NCBI GenBank assembly: GCA_963834265.1
Contig: CAWIAU010000001.1
Coordinates: 588,346-652,345, forward strand
Direction of reading: 5' to 3'
Length of the DNA stretch: 64,000 nucleotides
Source of the DNA: an uncultured bacterium
GTDB taxonomy: Bacteria; Patescibacteriota; Saccharimonadia; Saccharimonadales; 2-12-FULL-41-12
The notes beneath the pieces were generated by a model. It ran no database searches. It saw nothing but the letters and a program-made list of their open reading frames with translations, and was not told where the DNA came from. Within the stretch, counting starts at the first letter, position 1; every line of letters begins with the position of its first letter. Of the stretch, positions 30,451-39,305 are shown piece after piece. Position numbers and translations under genes: made by a program.

Positions 30451-31683
30451 ATGACGACAGAATTTTCAACTATCAAAGAGGCTATCAGAGCGGTGCGGGG
30501 CGGCAGTATGATCATTATTATCGACGACCCGGGGCGCGAGAATCAGGGGGACATATTCTTCCCTGCTCAGGCGGCAACAACCGAAAACGTCAATTTTCTG
30601 ATCAGCGAATGCCGGGGACTGGTCTGTGCTCCCTTGTCATACGAGTATGCCAAAAGGCTTGATTTGCAATTGATGATACCGCCGGCCGACAACTCTGAGA
30701 GTACATGTGTCAATTTCACTGTCAGCGTCGATGCCACAGATGTCACGGACTTCGGCATATCAGCATCTGACCGTGCATTAACGTTACGTTCACTGGGTGA
30801 TAATCAGTCTCTTTCATCTGATCTGGTTCGTCCAGGTCATATCTTTCCGCTGATTGCAAATGAAGGCGGCATCCAGGCCCGTCAGGGGCATACTGAAGCA
30901 GCTGTGGAGATGTCTGTTCTTGCGGGATTCAGTCCTGCGGGCGTTATCTGTGAGATTCTGGATGCAGATGGCCGGCCGTCGCGTTTGTCTTCTCTGTGTA
31001 GATTTGCCCGCAAATACAACCTTCCGATTATTACAATTGCCGATCTCGTTGAGTATCAGAAGGCGCACGTCAAAAATGAGGAAACAGAGACGACAGCTAT
31101 GACTAAAGCAGCAGAAGCGACCCTGCCAACTGCTTACGGGACATTTCAAATTTCTGCCTATACCTCGTTTCTTGATGACCGTGAGCATGTGCTATTAACC
31201 TGCGGTGATATAAGCCGGGGACCTGTGCTCACCCGCGTCCATTCCAAATGTTTTACCGGCGATACGTTACTGTCTCTGAAATGCGATTGTTATGACCAGC
31301 TTGACCGGAGTATGAAGCTAATACAGGAAATAGGTCACGGAGTCATAGTTTATCTGGATCAGGAAGGCCGGGGAATCGGTCTGATTAATAAACTCAGAGC
31401 CTATGTACTGCAGGATCAAGGTATGGATACCGCGCAGTCTAACGAAGCTCTCGGGTTTTTGCCTGACCTGCGTGACTATAAGGCTGCTGCTGACATACTA
31501 AAAAATGTTGGTGTAACCAATATTGAATTACTGACGAACAATCCGGAGAAAGAAAGACAACTATCAGCAAATGGTATAAAGATTGCAAAGCGCATCCCGC
31601 TGGAGATTGCCCCGAACACTGTCAACAAAACCTACCTTCAGACCAAGAAACTTAAAATGGGCCATCACCTAACGAAAATTTAG
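30451..31683 (+). CDS. ribBA: Bifunctional 3,4-dihydroxy-2-butanone-4-phosphate synthase / GTP cyclohydrolase II
   Basis: DHBP synthase N-domain (DDPGRENQGD) and the GCH II zinc motif CFTGDTLLSLKCDC. Confidence 0.95.
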   Translation: MTTEFSTIKEAIRAVRGGSMIIIIDDPGRENQGDIFFPAQAATTENVNFLISECRGLVCAPLSYEYAKRLDLQLMIPPADNSESTCVNFTVSVDATDVTDFGISASDRALTLRSLGDNQSLSSDLVRPGHIFPLIANEGGIQARQGHTEAAVEMSVLAGFSPAGVICEILDADGRPSRLSSLCRFARKYNLPIITIADLVEYQKAHVKNEETETTAMTKAAEATLPTAYGTFQISAYTSFLDDREHVLLTCGDISRGPVLTRVHSKCFTGDTLLSLKCDCYDQLDRSMKLIQEIGHGVIVYLDQEGRGIGLINKLRAYVLQDQGMDTAQSNEALGFLPDLRDYKAAADILKNVGVTNIELLTNNPEKERQLSANGIKIAKRIPLEIAPNTVNKTYLQTKKLKMGHHLTKI

Positions 31684-31684
31684 T

Positions 31685-32770
31685 ATGCAAAATTCTGATA
31701 TTAATTTCATGAAACAAGCCCTGAAGCTGGCGCGAAAAGGTATGGGTAAGACATACCCCAATCCCCTTGTTGGCGCTGTTATAGTAAAAAATGACCATAT
31801 TATTGGTTACGGTTATCACAAAAAAGCCGGAGGCCCGCATGCCGAAATATATGCTATTAATTCAGCAACAAAGAAACTGCAGGGCTCAACTATGTATGTA
31901 AATCTCGAGCCGCATAGCTATACTGGCAAAACGTTGCCGTGTACAAAAGCAATTATTGCCACTGGTATCACAAGAGTAGTTTGTGCGACCATGGATCCCA
32001 ATCCAAAAGTTCAGGGTGATGGCATTAATCAGCTCCGGAATGCAGGTATTGAAGTACTGACCGGCATTCTTGAGGCAGAAGCATGCTTGCTTAATGAACA
32101 GTTTTTTACATTTCATAAAAATAAACGCCCTTTCATTGCTGTCAAATACGCAGCAAGTCTCGACGGGAAGCTCTCGACAAATAACGGCAACTCCAAATGG
32201 ATTACAAATGATGCTGCACGTGCATATGGGCGCAAACTGCGAAGTAAGTATCAGGCAATTCTGGTCGGGATCAATACTGTGATTGCAGATGATCCGCATC
32301 TTGGCACCCGACAAGTATACAAATCTGATCCCATACGGATTATTCCTGATTCAGAACTGCGCATTCCCATAAACGCTCAGGTTTTGCGTGATAAGAATGT
32401 TCTGATTGCTACCTCGTCTTCCGCGCCGGCGGCAAAGAAAAAGCAACTTATAGCTAAAGGTTATAATGTTGTGAATTTCGACGGCCCCCGTGTACCTATA
32501 AATAAACTTATGACTAAACTATATGAGCTGAATATCATCAGTGTGCTGATCGAGGGAGGCGGAGAAACCATAGGAGAATTTACAGACCAAAAATTGATTG
32601 ATAAGGTGTACGGATTTTATGCACCGATACTCATTGGCGGTAAAAACTCTGTGTCAATTGGTGGCAAAGGCATAGCCAATATTTCAGAAGCTCTTCAAGT
32701 CGCGCGACCACGGATCAAACGATTTGATGATAATTTCCTGATCGAGGGATTAACTAAAAACAAGGATTAG
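31685..32770 (+). CDS. ribD: Diaminohydroxyphosphoribosylaminopyrimidine deaminase / 5-amino-6-(5-phosphoribosylamino)uracil reductase
   Basis: Deaminase HAEIYAI ... LEPHSYTGKTLPC plus a C-terminal reductase domain (KYAASLDGK). Confidence 0.93.
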   Translation: MQNSDINFMKQALKLARKGMGKTYPNPLVGAVIVKNDHIIGYGYHKKAGGPHAEIYAINSATKKLQGSTMYVNLEPHSYTGKTLPCTKAIIATGITRVVCATMDPNPKVQGDGINQLRNAGIEVLTGILEAEACLLNEQFFTFHKNKRPFIAVKYAASLDGKLSTNNGNSKWITNDAARAYGRKLRSKYQAILVGINTVIADDPHLGTRQVYKSDPIRIIPDSELRIPINAQVLRDKNVLIATSSSAPAAKKKQLIAKGYNVVNFDGPRVPINKLMTKLYELNIISVLIEGGGETIGEFTDQKLIDKVYGFYAPILIGGKNSVSIGGKGIANISEALQVARPRIKRFDDNFLIEGLTKNKD

Positions 32771-33264
32771 TAAGGACAGACTTTCGTAATTGTTTTAGAT
32801 TGTACGGGTTGAGAATCCTGCACCAATGCATGAGTTTCCCAATATACTTTACTGGCTGTTGTCTGCTTTTCGTCGCCCGGGAAAGGCGGACTGCCAGGCC
32901 CGATCCATGTATCGAGTATTTCATAATTCCCGTCTTTGTCCTGCTCCAAAGCAATAGTAAGTTTGCTGCTTGGTAGAGGGTATCGGTTTTTGGCATAACG
33001 CGAATACACTTTTTTCTTGGGGGGTTGCGCGTAGAAAATAATGTCTTTTTCGCTGGTCTCTACAATGTCTGTATTGCCGATTACGCGGCCCATATCGTAT
33101 TCTATGAATAATTCTGACTTACGCAGATCTTGTGTTGCCAGTGCTTCTTTTACGAGATTGATCATGTATGGCTGGCGACTAAGGCACTGACCGGCCGGAG
33201 ACTCTATAAAGTTAACATAAACTTCATATCCATGTGCTGACCGTGTAATAACAAATTTATACAT
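32767..33264 (-). CDS. Hypothetical protein (165 aa)
   Basis: GAGGAG lies 10 nt upstream of the ATG. I recognise no family. Confidence 0.6.
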   Translation of the reverse strand: MYKFVITRSAHGYEVYVNFIESPAGQCLSRQPYMINLVKEALATQDLRKSELFIEYDMGRVIGNTDIVETSEKDIIFYAQPPKKKVYSRYAKNRYPLPSSKLTIALEQDKDGNYEILDTWIGPGSPPFPGDEKQTTASKVYWETHALVQDSQPVQSKTITKVCPY

Positions 33265-33322
33265 AAACTTCTTACTCCTCAGTATACGCTTATTTATAGG
33301 TAATAGCGATTACAAATAAGGC

Positions 33323-33489
33323 TATATAGAACTTTCGCACTTTCCCACAGCCCCGGAACTCATCTGAGCTGCTGCAAATTGCCCATCTTCTCTCAATGTA
33401 GCTACGGCTACCCCTCCGGAAGCTGAACAATTTTCGCTAAACCCAGGCTGACCTCCGGAATCCATGTCAAAGTGCGAAAGTTCTATATA
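33323..33489. repeat. 21-bp perfect inverted repeat pair enclosing a 125-bp core
   Basis: TATATAGAACTTTCGCACTTT (33323-33343) is the exact reverse complement of AAAGTGCGAAAGTTCTATATA (33469-33489). Confidence 0.9.
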
Positions 33490-33498
33490 CTGGATAAC

Positions 33499-33948
33499 AT
33501 GAAAATAAAGATTGAGCTTGTCCGCGCAATTGGCAGTGAATTTGTAAACCGTAAGCTGAAGTCAATCGTAATAGTTTTTGGGGTCATCGCACTGATCAGC
33601 CTGATCCTGACAGTATGGCTGGCAACAATAAGCGCATGGTGGCTGCTTCTGTTACTTCCCTTCCTTATTTTTACGATGCTTGGCTTTCTGGCAGGTCTGG
33701 CGGCAAGAGTGGTCATTAAAACGTTACGTCCCGAGCTAACGCGATCTCAAAAAACCGATGTAGGAAACTTCGTTGATAAGCTGGAGCGCGTCGCCGAAAA
33801 TATTCAGACTCCTATGTTCATCATTGTCTTTCGTGTAGTACGCGATATTATCCGCCCAGGTGAAAGAACTTTTGTCCGGTCTGTGGCCAAAGACAGCACC
33901 ACGCTGCATAAGGATTTCTCTGAACTTGAGCAAAATTTCAAAAACTAA
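33499..33948 (+). CDS. Small membrane protein, unknown function
   Basis: Two adjacent hydrophobic helices. I prefer the ATG at 33499. The listed upstream GTG at 33472 lies inside the inverted-repeat arm. Confidence 0.6.
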   Translation: MKIKIELVRAIGSEFVNRKLKSIVIVFGVIALISLILTVWLATISAWWLLLLLPFLIFTMLGFLAGLAARVVIKTLRPELTRSQKTDVGNFVDKLERVAENIQTPMFIIVFRVVRDIIRPGERTFVRSVAKDSTTLHKDFSELEQNFKN

Positions 33949-33964
33949 TTCAAAACTGATAATC

Positions 33965-34510
33965 TTATTCAGTTACATTTTTCATACGATCCGATAACTT
34001 TCGGACAGTATTGCAATTACGTATAGTTACCTGCCCGTATAAATCAGTCCCGATGATTTTCATTAAGCCACTTCGTGTAACGTTCTTACGATCAACGCGC
34101 CATAAAATGGCGCCTGGCGTATAAACTACGTCATCTATATCCGGTTTGATAATAAGATTTTTGACTATATCGGGGGTGTTTACTTTATCCCACAGGAACA
34201 GTACATCGCATTTCATCGTATCATCGTTTTTCCATGTATCAGGTAGCTTTTCAGCAATTTCATGAATATTTCTGATGTCTTTGATAACCAGCTTTATGGC
34301 AAATCCAATCTTTTTCTTGATAGCGTTCTCTAATTTTGCAGTAAGACTTTTTGTATCAAGAGATTTATTTGCGAATATAACATTTCCGCTATTTATATAT
34401 GTAGTAACTGAGCTCATACCAGCCTGCTCGAAAGTTGCTTTGAGCTCTTTCATATCAACTTTGTTCTTGCCGCCAACATTTATACCGCGAAGTAATGCTA
34501 CGTATATCAC
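33965..34510 (-). CDS. DUF1697 domain protein
   Basis: The N-terminus MIYVALLRGINVGGKNKV is characteristic of DUF1697. Confidence 0.8.
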   Translation of the reverse strand: MIYVALLRGINVGGKNKVDMKELKATFEQAGMSSVTTYINSGNVIFANKSLDTKSLTAKLENAIKKKIGFAIKLVIKDIRNIHEIAEKLPDTWKNDDTMKCDVLFLWDKVNTPDIVKNLIIKPDIDDVVYTPGAILWRVDRKNVTRSGLMKIIGTDLYGQVTIRNCNTVRKLSDRMKNVTE

Positions 34511-34604
34511 ATAATCAGTTTATCAAATAACATGATGCGATTCTTCACCCAAGAATAAATTAAATTATTGCGTTATATGGAAATGAGTTGTATAATATAT
34601 AGTT

Positions 34605-36122
34605 ATGGACACACCGTATCCCGGACCAGGGAATGGCAATAAACGCGCAGCTGCAGCAATTACATCTAGCCTTGAGTTAATGCAGGAAATTCACCATCGT
34701 CTTCCTGATGTTGAGATTCGTGATGAACAAATAGATGCACTTGATGCTATTGAGGAGAATGAACAGGCAGGAAATCCGTCAAGTTTGATTGTTTTGCCTC
34801 CGGGCTTGGGTAAAACCGTTATTATGGCTGCTGACACTCGTCGTCGCTTATTGCGAGACCCTGCAGCAAGGGGGGCATTTCTGAATGATAAAAATGATAT
34901 TCTGAATCAGTCCCGTGATCGCTTCGAAAAAATCGTTGGGGAGGAGTTTACTTATGGCTTGTTCAGCGGTGATGGTCGTGATTATGATGAACTATCCGTA
35001 TTGTTCGGTTCTTTTCAGGTTATGCGCGAGTGGCGATATGCATTCCTGAAGGATGAGTTTAAATTCGGAGTTGTTGATGAGAGCCATCATGGTATGGCTC
35101 CGACATATAAACCCACGCTGGATTATTTTGACTTCGAACATTTACTGGGGGCGACGGCAACACCGGATCGGTTAGACATCAAAGATATCAGAGATATTTT
35201 CGGACCAGAGATTTACAGTATGACACTGGAAGTGGCTATAGCACGTCGTTTGCTTGCCGCTGTTGACTATCATGTTATAAGTGATGAAATTACGGAAACG
35301 GGTGTTGTTCTGGACGATGACGGTCATCGTTACGATGCAAATGAGTTTAACCGAACAATATTTGCTCCCCGTCGGGATGAAGAAATTGCTGACATCGCAA
35401 AACGCTACGCGCTTAGACTTAAAAATCCCACAACAATGGGTTTTTGCAAATCGATCGAACATGCGGAAAAGTTCTCCGGACTATTTGAAAATGCGGCTGC
35501 CCTGCATTGTGATTTAAAGCGTCCTAAGCAACGTGAGTTATTGGATCGATTCAGGAGTGGAGATCTAAAAGCTTTGTTTACAGTAAATATGCTTGATGAA
35601 GGAATCGATATACCTGAGGCTAATCAGGTGCTATTCCTGAGTGCTACAGGATCAAAGAGGAAGTATTTGCAGGAATTAGGCAGAGGCCTGCGAAGGACCA
35701 AGACCAAAAAGCGGGTACAAGTATTGGACTTTGTAAATAATGCTGAGCGGTTATTGCTTGTTGATCGTATGTGGCGGGATGCCGCTATTATTGCCGGGGG
35801 AGATGATCCTGCTGACAAAGAAATCTTTGATATCAACATCAGCAAAATACATTTTGACGAATCCTCGCGTAGTGCCCTGCAAATATTACGCGCAATAAAC
35901 GGCAGAGTATATAGGGCTGATCAGGCTGTGCCCGCAGAATCGTTGCGCGCTTCAGGTCTTGCGAAAGAATTAGGCATGTCGAAACCGGCCTTATTGGCAT
36001 TAGCTGCTTCTTTAAAAATCGCGCCTTCAGTTTTTCCAACGCAAAGAGGCAGTAGAGTTCCCTATTTTGTATCTGACGACGTCGAGCGTTTACGGCTAGC
36101 TCGTGATCATCTTTTTCAGTAA
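34605..36122 (+). CDS. SF2 DEAD/DEAH-box helicase (ResIII + helicase-C type) with a helix-turn-helix-like C-terminal tail
   Basis: Motifs PPGLGKT, VVDESHH, GATATPDR and LQELGRGLRR. TTGCGT-17-TATAAT ends 8 nt before the ATG. Confidence 0.85.
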   Translation: MDTPYPGPGNGNKRAAAAITSSLELMQEIHHRLPDVEIRDEQIDALDAIEENEQAGNPSSLIVLPPGLGKTVIMAADTRRRLLRDPAARGAFLNDKNDILNQSRDRFEKIVGEEFTYGLFSGDGRDYDELSVLFGSFQVMREWRYAFLKDEFKFGVVDESHHGMAPTYKPTLDYFDFEHLLGATATPDRLDIKDIRDIFGPEIYSMTLEVAIARRLLAAVDYHVISDEITETGVVLDDDGHRYDANEFNRTIFAPRRDEEIADIAKRYALRLKNPTTMGFCKSIEHAEKFSGLFENAAALHCDLKRPKQRELLDRFRSGDLKALFTVNMLDEGIDIPEANQVLFLSATGSKRKYLQELGRGLRRTKTKKRVQVLDFVNNAERLLLVDRMWRDAAIIAGGDDPADKEIFDINISKIHFDESSRSALQILRAINGRVYRADQAVPAESLRASGLAKELGMSKPALLALAASLKIAPSVFPTQRGSRVPYFVSDDVERLRLARDHLFQ

Positions 36123-36201
36123 AGTAAACATTTTTTTAAAAATAATGCAATCATAAAATACTATTGATTTATAATTAAATATCTTCTATAATACACATAT
36201 T

Positions 36202-37863
36202 ATGGGAGAACTTCTTTACGGACCGGAAATTAGTATAGATATTGAGCGCACTCAATCTGTATTCGAGACTGCTCATGAATTAAATTTGCAGATTTCTGAA
36301 CAGAATGAACGATTTGCTACTGCACACGAGATATTTGTTGATGAACCCGAGGTACTTAGATTAGCCGAACAAGGAATAGCAGAAGAACAACAGGAAACAT
36401 TTACAAATTTATCAACCATCGGACATAGTGAAGCGCAAGTCTATACATCATTAGGCGTGCTGAGCCTGTACTATGACAGTGAGTTAGAAGAAACACAGGC
36501 AAAAGCTGATGCGGCGCAAGCAGAAGGCGATGCAAAATCTGATCAGTTTGAAATAATTAAACAACAACGCGAGCAAGATGAAAGAAGTAAACTTGAGGAT
36601 ATACTCGGCCACGTTGAACGGCTGGCACCTAAAGCCCTGGAACGAGTCAAGGCATTACTGGACGAACGAATAGTTGGTACTGTGTCCAGCCAGGAAATTC
36701 TCGATTTAGAGGAAACGATTCTGGATTTATTCACTGAGGTAGATGAGCATAAGGAACATATAGATTCTATAGCTCGTCAAAAAATTTCATTAACTGAACT
36801 GGATAGGCAGGCTGATGATACCTGGGCACTACCACAGGCACTTATGAAGGTGCTTGGAAATGACACAAGTCAGTGGGTTTTGATAGATGAATTACCCGTC
36901 GATCCTACCTTAAGCCGGAGCGGCCATGAACGATACGCAGAGCTTCGTGGAAGGCACATAGACCAACCTGATGCATCGATTTATGCTGCTCTGTATTTAT
37001 CAGAACATGATAGCGAAACAGTTACAGTAGATGAAATTGCAGGTTTTCTGTACACACCCGAAACAATTGCCGGCATTAGTAATAACAACCTGCGGGCTCG
37101 CGTGACTACTCTTTTGGGACCAATAGCCGGAGAGTGTTTGCATAAAATTTTATTATCTGAGGGATATATCCTTCAGTACGGATGGCGCCGTAAATTGGAA
37201 AAAAATGGAAGCGATGACGTAAAAATTGTTTCCAGACATCGTATATACCGTGCAGTGCCACTTAATGATCTTAGTGTTCTGGAAACAGATACATCCTCAC
37301 AAGAGGATTATAAGGATGATTTCGAAGTAACACCGGAAATTGTAGGTCTGTTCACCGATTTTAAGCAGGAACGGGCAGCAAAACCCCCAGAAGCAGTCAT
37401 AGCCTCCAACCCAGATTCAGCAATCCGACTGCCTGCGCACAGAGATGGCACCCGATTGAGGACTCCGGCAAAGCCCGAAGAAGAGTTGCCGAGGTGGGTT
37501 AAAGAGTTTGAGAAAGAGGTTATGGATATACTAGAAGAACTTGAAATGTCCGATATGCTGACATCAGAAGAGGGCGAGTTAATTAAGGTTGCCCGGCACA
37601 AAAGTCGGAGCCGTAGCTTTGCTACTGAAGAAACTCTGACAAAACTTTACAATGCAGGCCACATGAGACAGCTATCAGGTATTCCTCGTCCACGCTGGGG
37701 AGACGTAAAAATTACTGCTCCAGATATGATCATAATGAAAATGTTTACTACCAAAAGAGAGCTACTGGGTAAAGGCCAGCCCCGACGTCCGGTTGCAGAA
37801 AGTATTATCGAGGGCGTTGTAGCTGACTACTTTACCCACAAAAGAGAGATAAATCCGCGATAA
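36202..37863 (+). CDS. Hypothetical acidic protein (553 aa)
   Basis: A long ORF with a Glu/Asp/Gln-rich, helix-prone N-terminal half. TTGATT-17-TATAAT ends 9 nt before the ATG. I recognise no domain. Confidence 0.65.
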   Translation: MGELLYGPEISIDIERTQSVFETAHELNLQISEQNERFATAHEIFVDEPEVLRLAEQGIAEEQQETFTNLSTIGHSEAQVYTSLGVLSLYYDSELEETQAKADAAQAEGDAKSDQFEIIKQQREQDERSKLEDILGHVERLAPKALERVKALLDERIVGTVSSQEILDLEETILDLFTEVDEHKEHIDSIARQKISLTELDRQADDTWALPQALMKVLGNDTSQWVLIDELPVDPTLSRSGHERYAELRGRHIDQPDASIYAALYLSEHDSETVTVDEIAGFLYTPETIAGISNNNLRARVTTLLGPIAGECLHKILLSEGYILQYGWRRKLEKNGSDDVKIVSRHRIYRAVPLNDLSVLETDTSSQEDYKDDFEVTPEIVGLFTDFKQERAAKPPEAVIASNPDSAIRLPAHRDGTRLRTPAKPEEELPRWVKEFEKEVMDILEELEMSDMLTSEEGELIKVARHKSRSRSFATEETLTKLYNAGHMRQLSGIPRPRWGDVKITAPDMIIMKMFTTKRELLGKGQPRRPVAESIIEGVVADYFTHKREINPR

Positions 37864-38161
37864 TAAATCTTATTCTTTAATAGATGTCACCAGATAAATA
37901 GTCCTCTATCATAGACGAACTTAGTAATAGCAAAATACACTGCATTCAAAATAATTTCATGTTACGTGCTTAACCCGGCAAACGAGGAGCCTACATTTGT
38001 ACCACATTGCATAAATGAAAATACTGAAATCGTGTGTCACATGAACGCAATCATCTATATCCCGAGACATATTTTCCAAGAACATGATTTTACTTAGTAA
38101 AGAAATAATATACATAAAATGCAGGCTTGAATCCGGTGGTTGTGAGGATATAATACCTGGT

Positions 38162-38584
38162 ATGAGCAGTACTATAAAAACACATGTTAATGATTCCAGT
38201 GTCAATGATTTTATTAATGCCGTGAGCGATGAGGCTAAGAAAGAAGATAGCTTTACGCTTCTGGAAATGTATTCCAGAATCACCGGTGAAGAGCCCAAAA
38301 TGTGGGGTTCGAGTATTATCGGCTTCGGACAATATCATTACAAGTCAGAACGCAGCAGGCAGGAGGGCGACTGGCTTCTCACCGGATTTTCGCCGCGTAA
38401 GCAAAACCTGACTCTATATTTTATGCCGGGGTTTGATGGTTATGCAGAAACGCTTACAAAGCTCGGCAAGCATAAGACGAGTGTCGGATGTTTGTATATT
38501 AAGAAGCTGGCTGATGTAGATAAGAGTGTTCTGGAAAAGTTGATCAGGCAGTCTTATTTGGAAATGAAAAAGAAACACAGCTAA
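38162..38584 (+). CDS. DUF1801 (YdhG-like) domain protein
   Basis: The blocks VNDFINAV ... GFGQYHYKSERSRQEGDW ... LYIKKLADVD are typical of DUF1801. TTGAAT-16-TATAAT ends 7 nt before ATG 38162. Confidence 0.75.
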   Translation: MSSTIKTHVNDSSVNDFINAVSDEAKKEDSFTLLEMYSRITGEEPKMWGSSIIGFGQYHYKSERSRQEGDWLLTGFSPRKQNLTLYFMPGFDGYAETLTKLGKHKTSVGCLYIKKLADVDKSVLEKLIRQSYLEMKKKHS

Positions 38585-38647
38585 ATAGTCGATTTCATGT
38601 AATCTGACCGGGGGGGTAGTTCTAAATTAAAACTTATATGCTGGCGA

Positions 38648-39076
38648 TCATGCGGACAGATGTTCGGGTGTTCCTGCAGCAGCGGGAGCTGGCCTTAAAG
38701 GCCCTGTCAGGACAGGTTCCGCGTAAATAAGCGGAATATCAATAGCGAAATGACCTTGATTGAGTACAACTTTTGGCGATTCTCCGCATAGTGCGTCCTG
38801 ATATCCGGCCGTGTAGTCTACTCTGCCTCTAGCAATTCTTGCTGCGTGTCGAAAAACTCCGCTTGCGATTCCCAATCCCAGGCTTACTGCTCCGGTAAGC
38901 AATGGGGGGTCTCCCTCAACGGCATGTTTAACGGATATATATCCTGCAATCGTACTGCCAACTCCGGTAAGGAATGCCTTCCTGTCATCATTCAGAGCGT
39001 TCCGTGCCATCTTTTTTTGGGCAGGATCTAGTTTATCGCTACCATAATCTTGCTTAAATTCTTCTAACGCACCCAT
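38648..39076 (-). CDS. Hypothetical protein with two predicted membrane helices
   Basis: AAGGAG lies 7 nt upstream of the ATG. The central segments are Gly/Ala-rich and hydrophobic. Confidence 0.55.
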   Translation of the reverse strand: MGALEEFKQDYGSDKLDPAQKKMARNALNDDRKAFLTGVGSTIAGYISVKHAVEGDPPLLTGAVSLGLGIASGVFRHAARIARGRVDYTAGYQDALCGESPKVVLNQGHFAIDIPLIYAEPVLTGPLRPAPAAAGTPEHLSA

Positions 39077-39142
39077 GCATCATCTCCTTTCTTTAACATG
39101 CTAATTATTATGCCATATTTCAACTTCGGCCATCAATAATAA

Positions 39143-39260
39143 TGCCACGGAGGAGGGATTCGACCTTGCCATGACAAATTAAAATTAAATTTGTCATGGC
39201 AACTCTTCGGGTGGCAGGCGGCCAATGTCCACAGGGCATTGTCGTTCGAATCCCCCGCCA
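39143..39260. other. Composite palindromic / structured element containing inverted tRNA T-arm-like fragments
   Basis: A perfect 15-bp hairpin (39166-39180 with 39188-39202) is nested in a 12-bp helix (39143-39155 with 39203-39216). A second hairpin domain follows at 39217-39259. The flanks GGAGGAGGGATTCGACC and GTCGTTCGAATCCCCCGCC form an imperfect inverted pair resembling the tRNA-Gln T-arm and acceptor. Confidence 0.6.
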
Positions 39261-39305
39261 AAGAAAAAGGTTTGCACATGAGTACAAGACTCACGGTCAA
39301 ACCTT
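39260..39305 (-). terminator. Intrinsic terminator after tRNA-Gln
   Basis: On the minus strand, AAGGUUUG...GUGAGU-CUUGU-ACUCAU...CAAACCUU is followed by UUUCUUU, starting right after the encoded CCA. Confidence 0.6.

Noticed and set aside
33344-33468. SRP RNA or another known RNA, because of the repeated CCGGAAG strings.
   Set aside because: The sequence context does not reproduce the GUCCGGAAGGAAGCAGC helix-8 consensus, and I could not match it to any known family by eye. It is kept only as an unclassified element in the findings.
37864-38161. A 300-nt gap examined for an ncRNA or a small gene, including the 113-aa minus-strand ORF at 37957-38298.
   Set aside because: The gap is AT-rich with only short weak hairpins and 9-16-codon ORFs. 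The 113-aa ORF overlaps the DUF1801 gene and its promoter. Nothing there is supportable.
39143-39260. Possible tmRNA (ssrA), because of GGAUUCGAC-like and GUUCGAAUCC-like strings on the plus strand.
   Set aside because: The element is only ~118 nt. The putative 5' and 3' ends (GGAGGAG / CCCCGCC) cannot form an acceptor stem. The five bases before UUCGAAU do not pair with those after it. There is no tag reading frame and no pseudoknot region.
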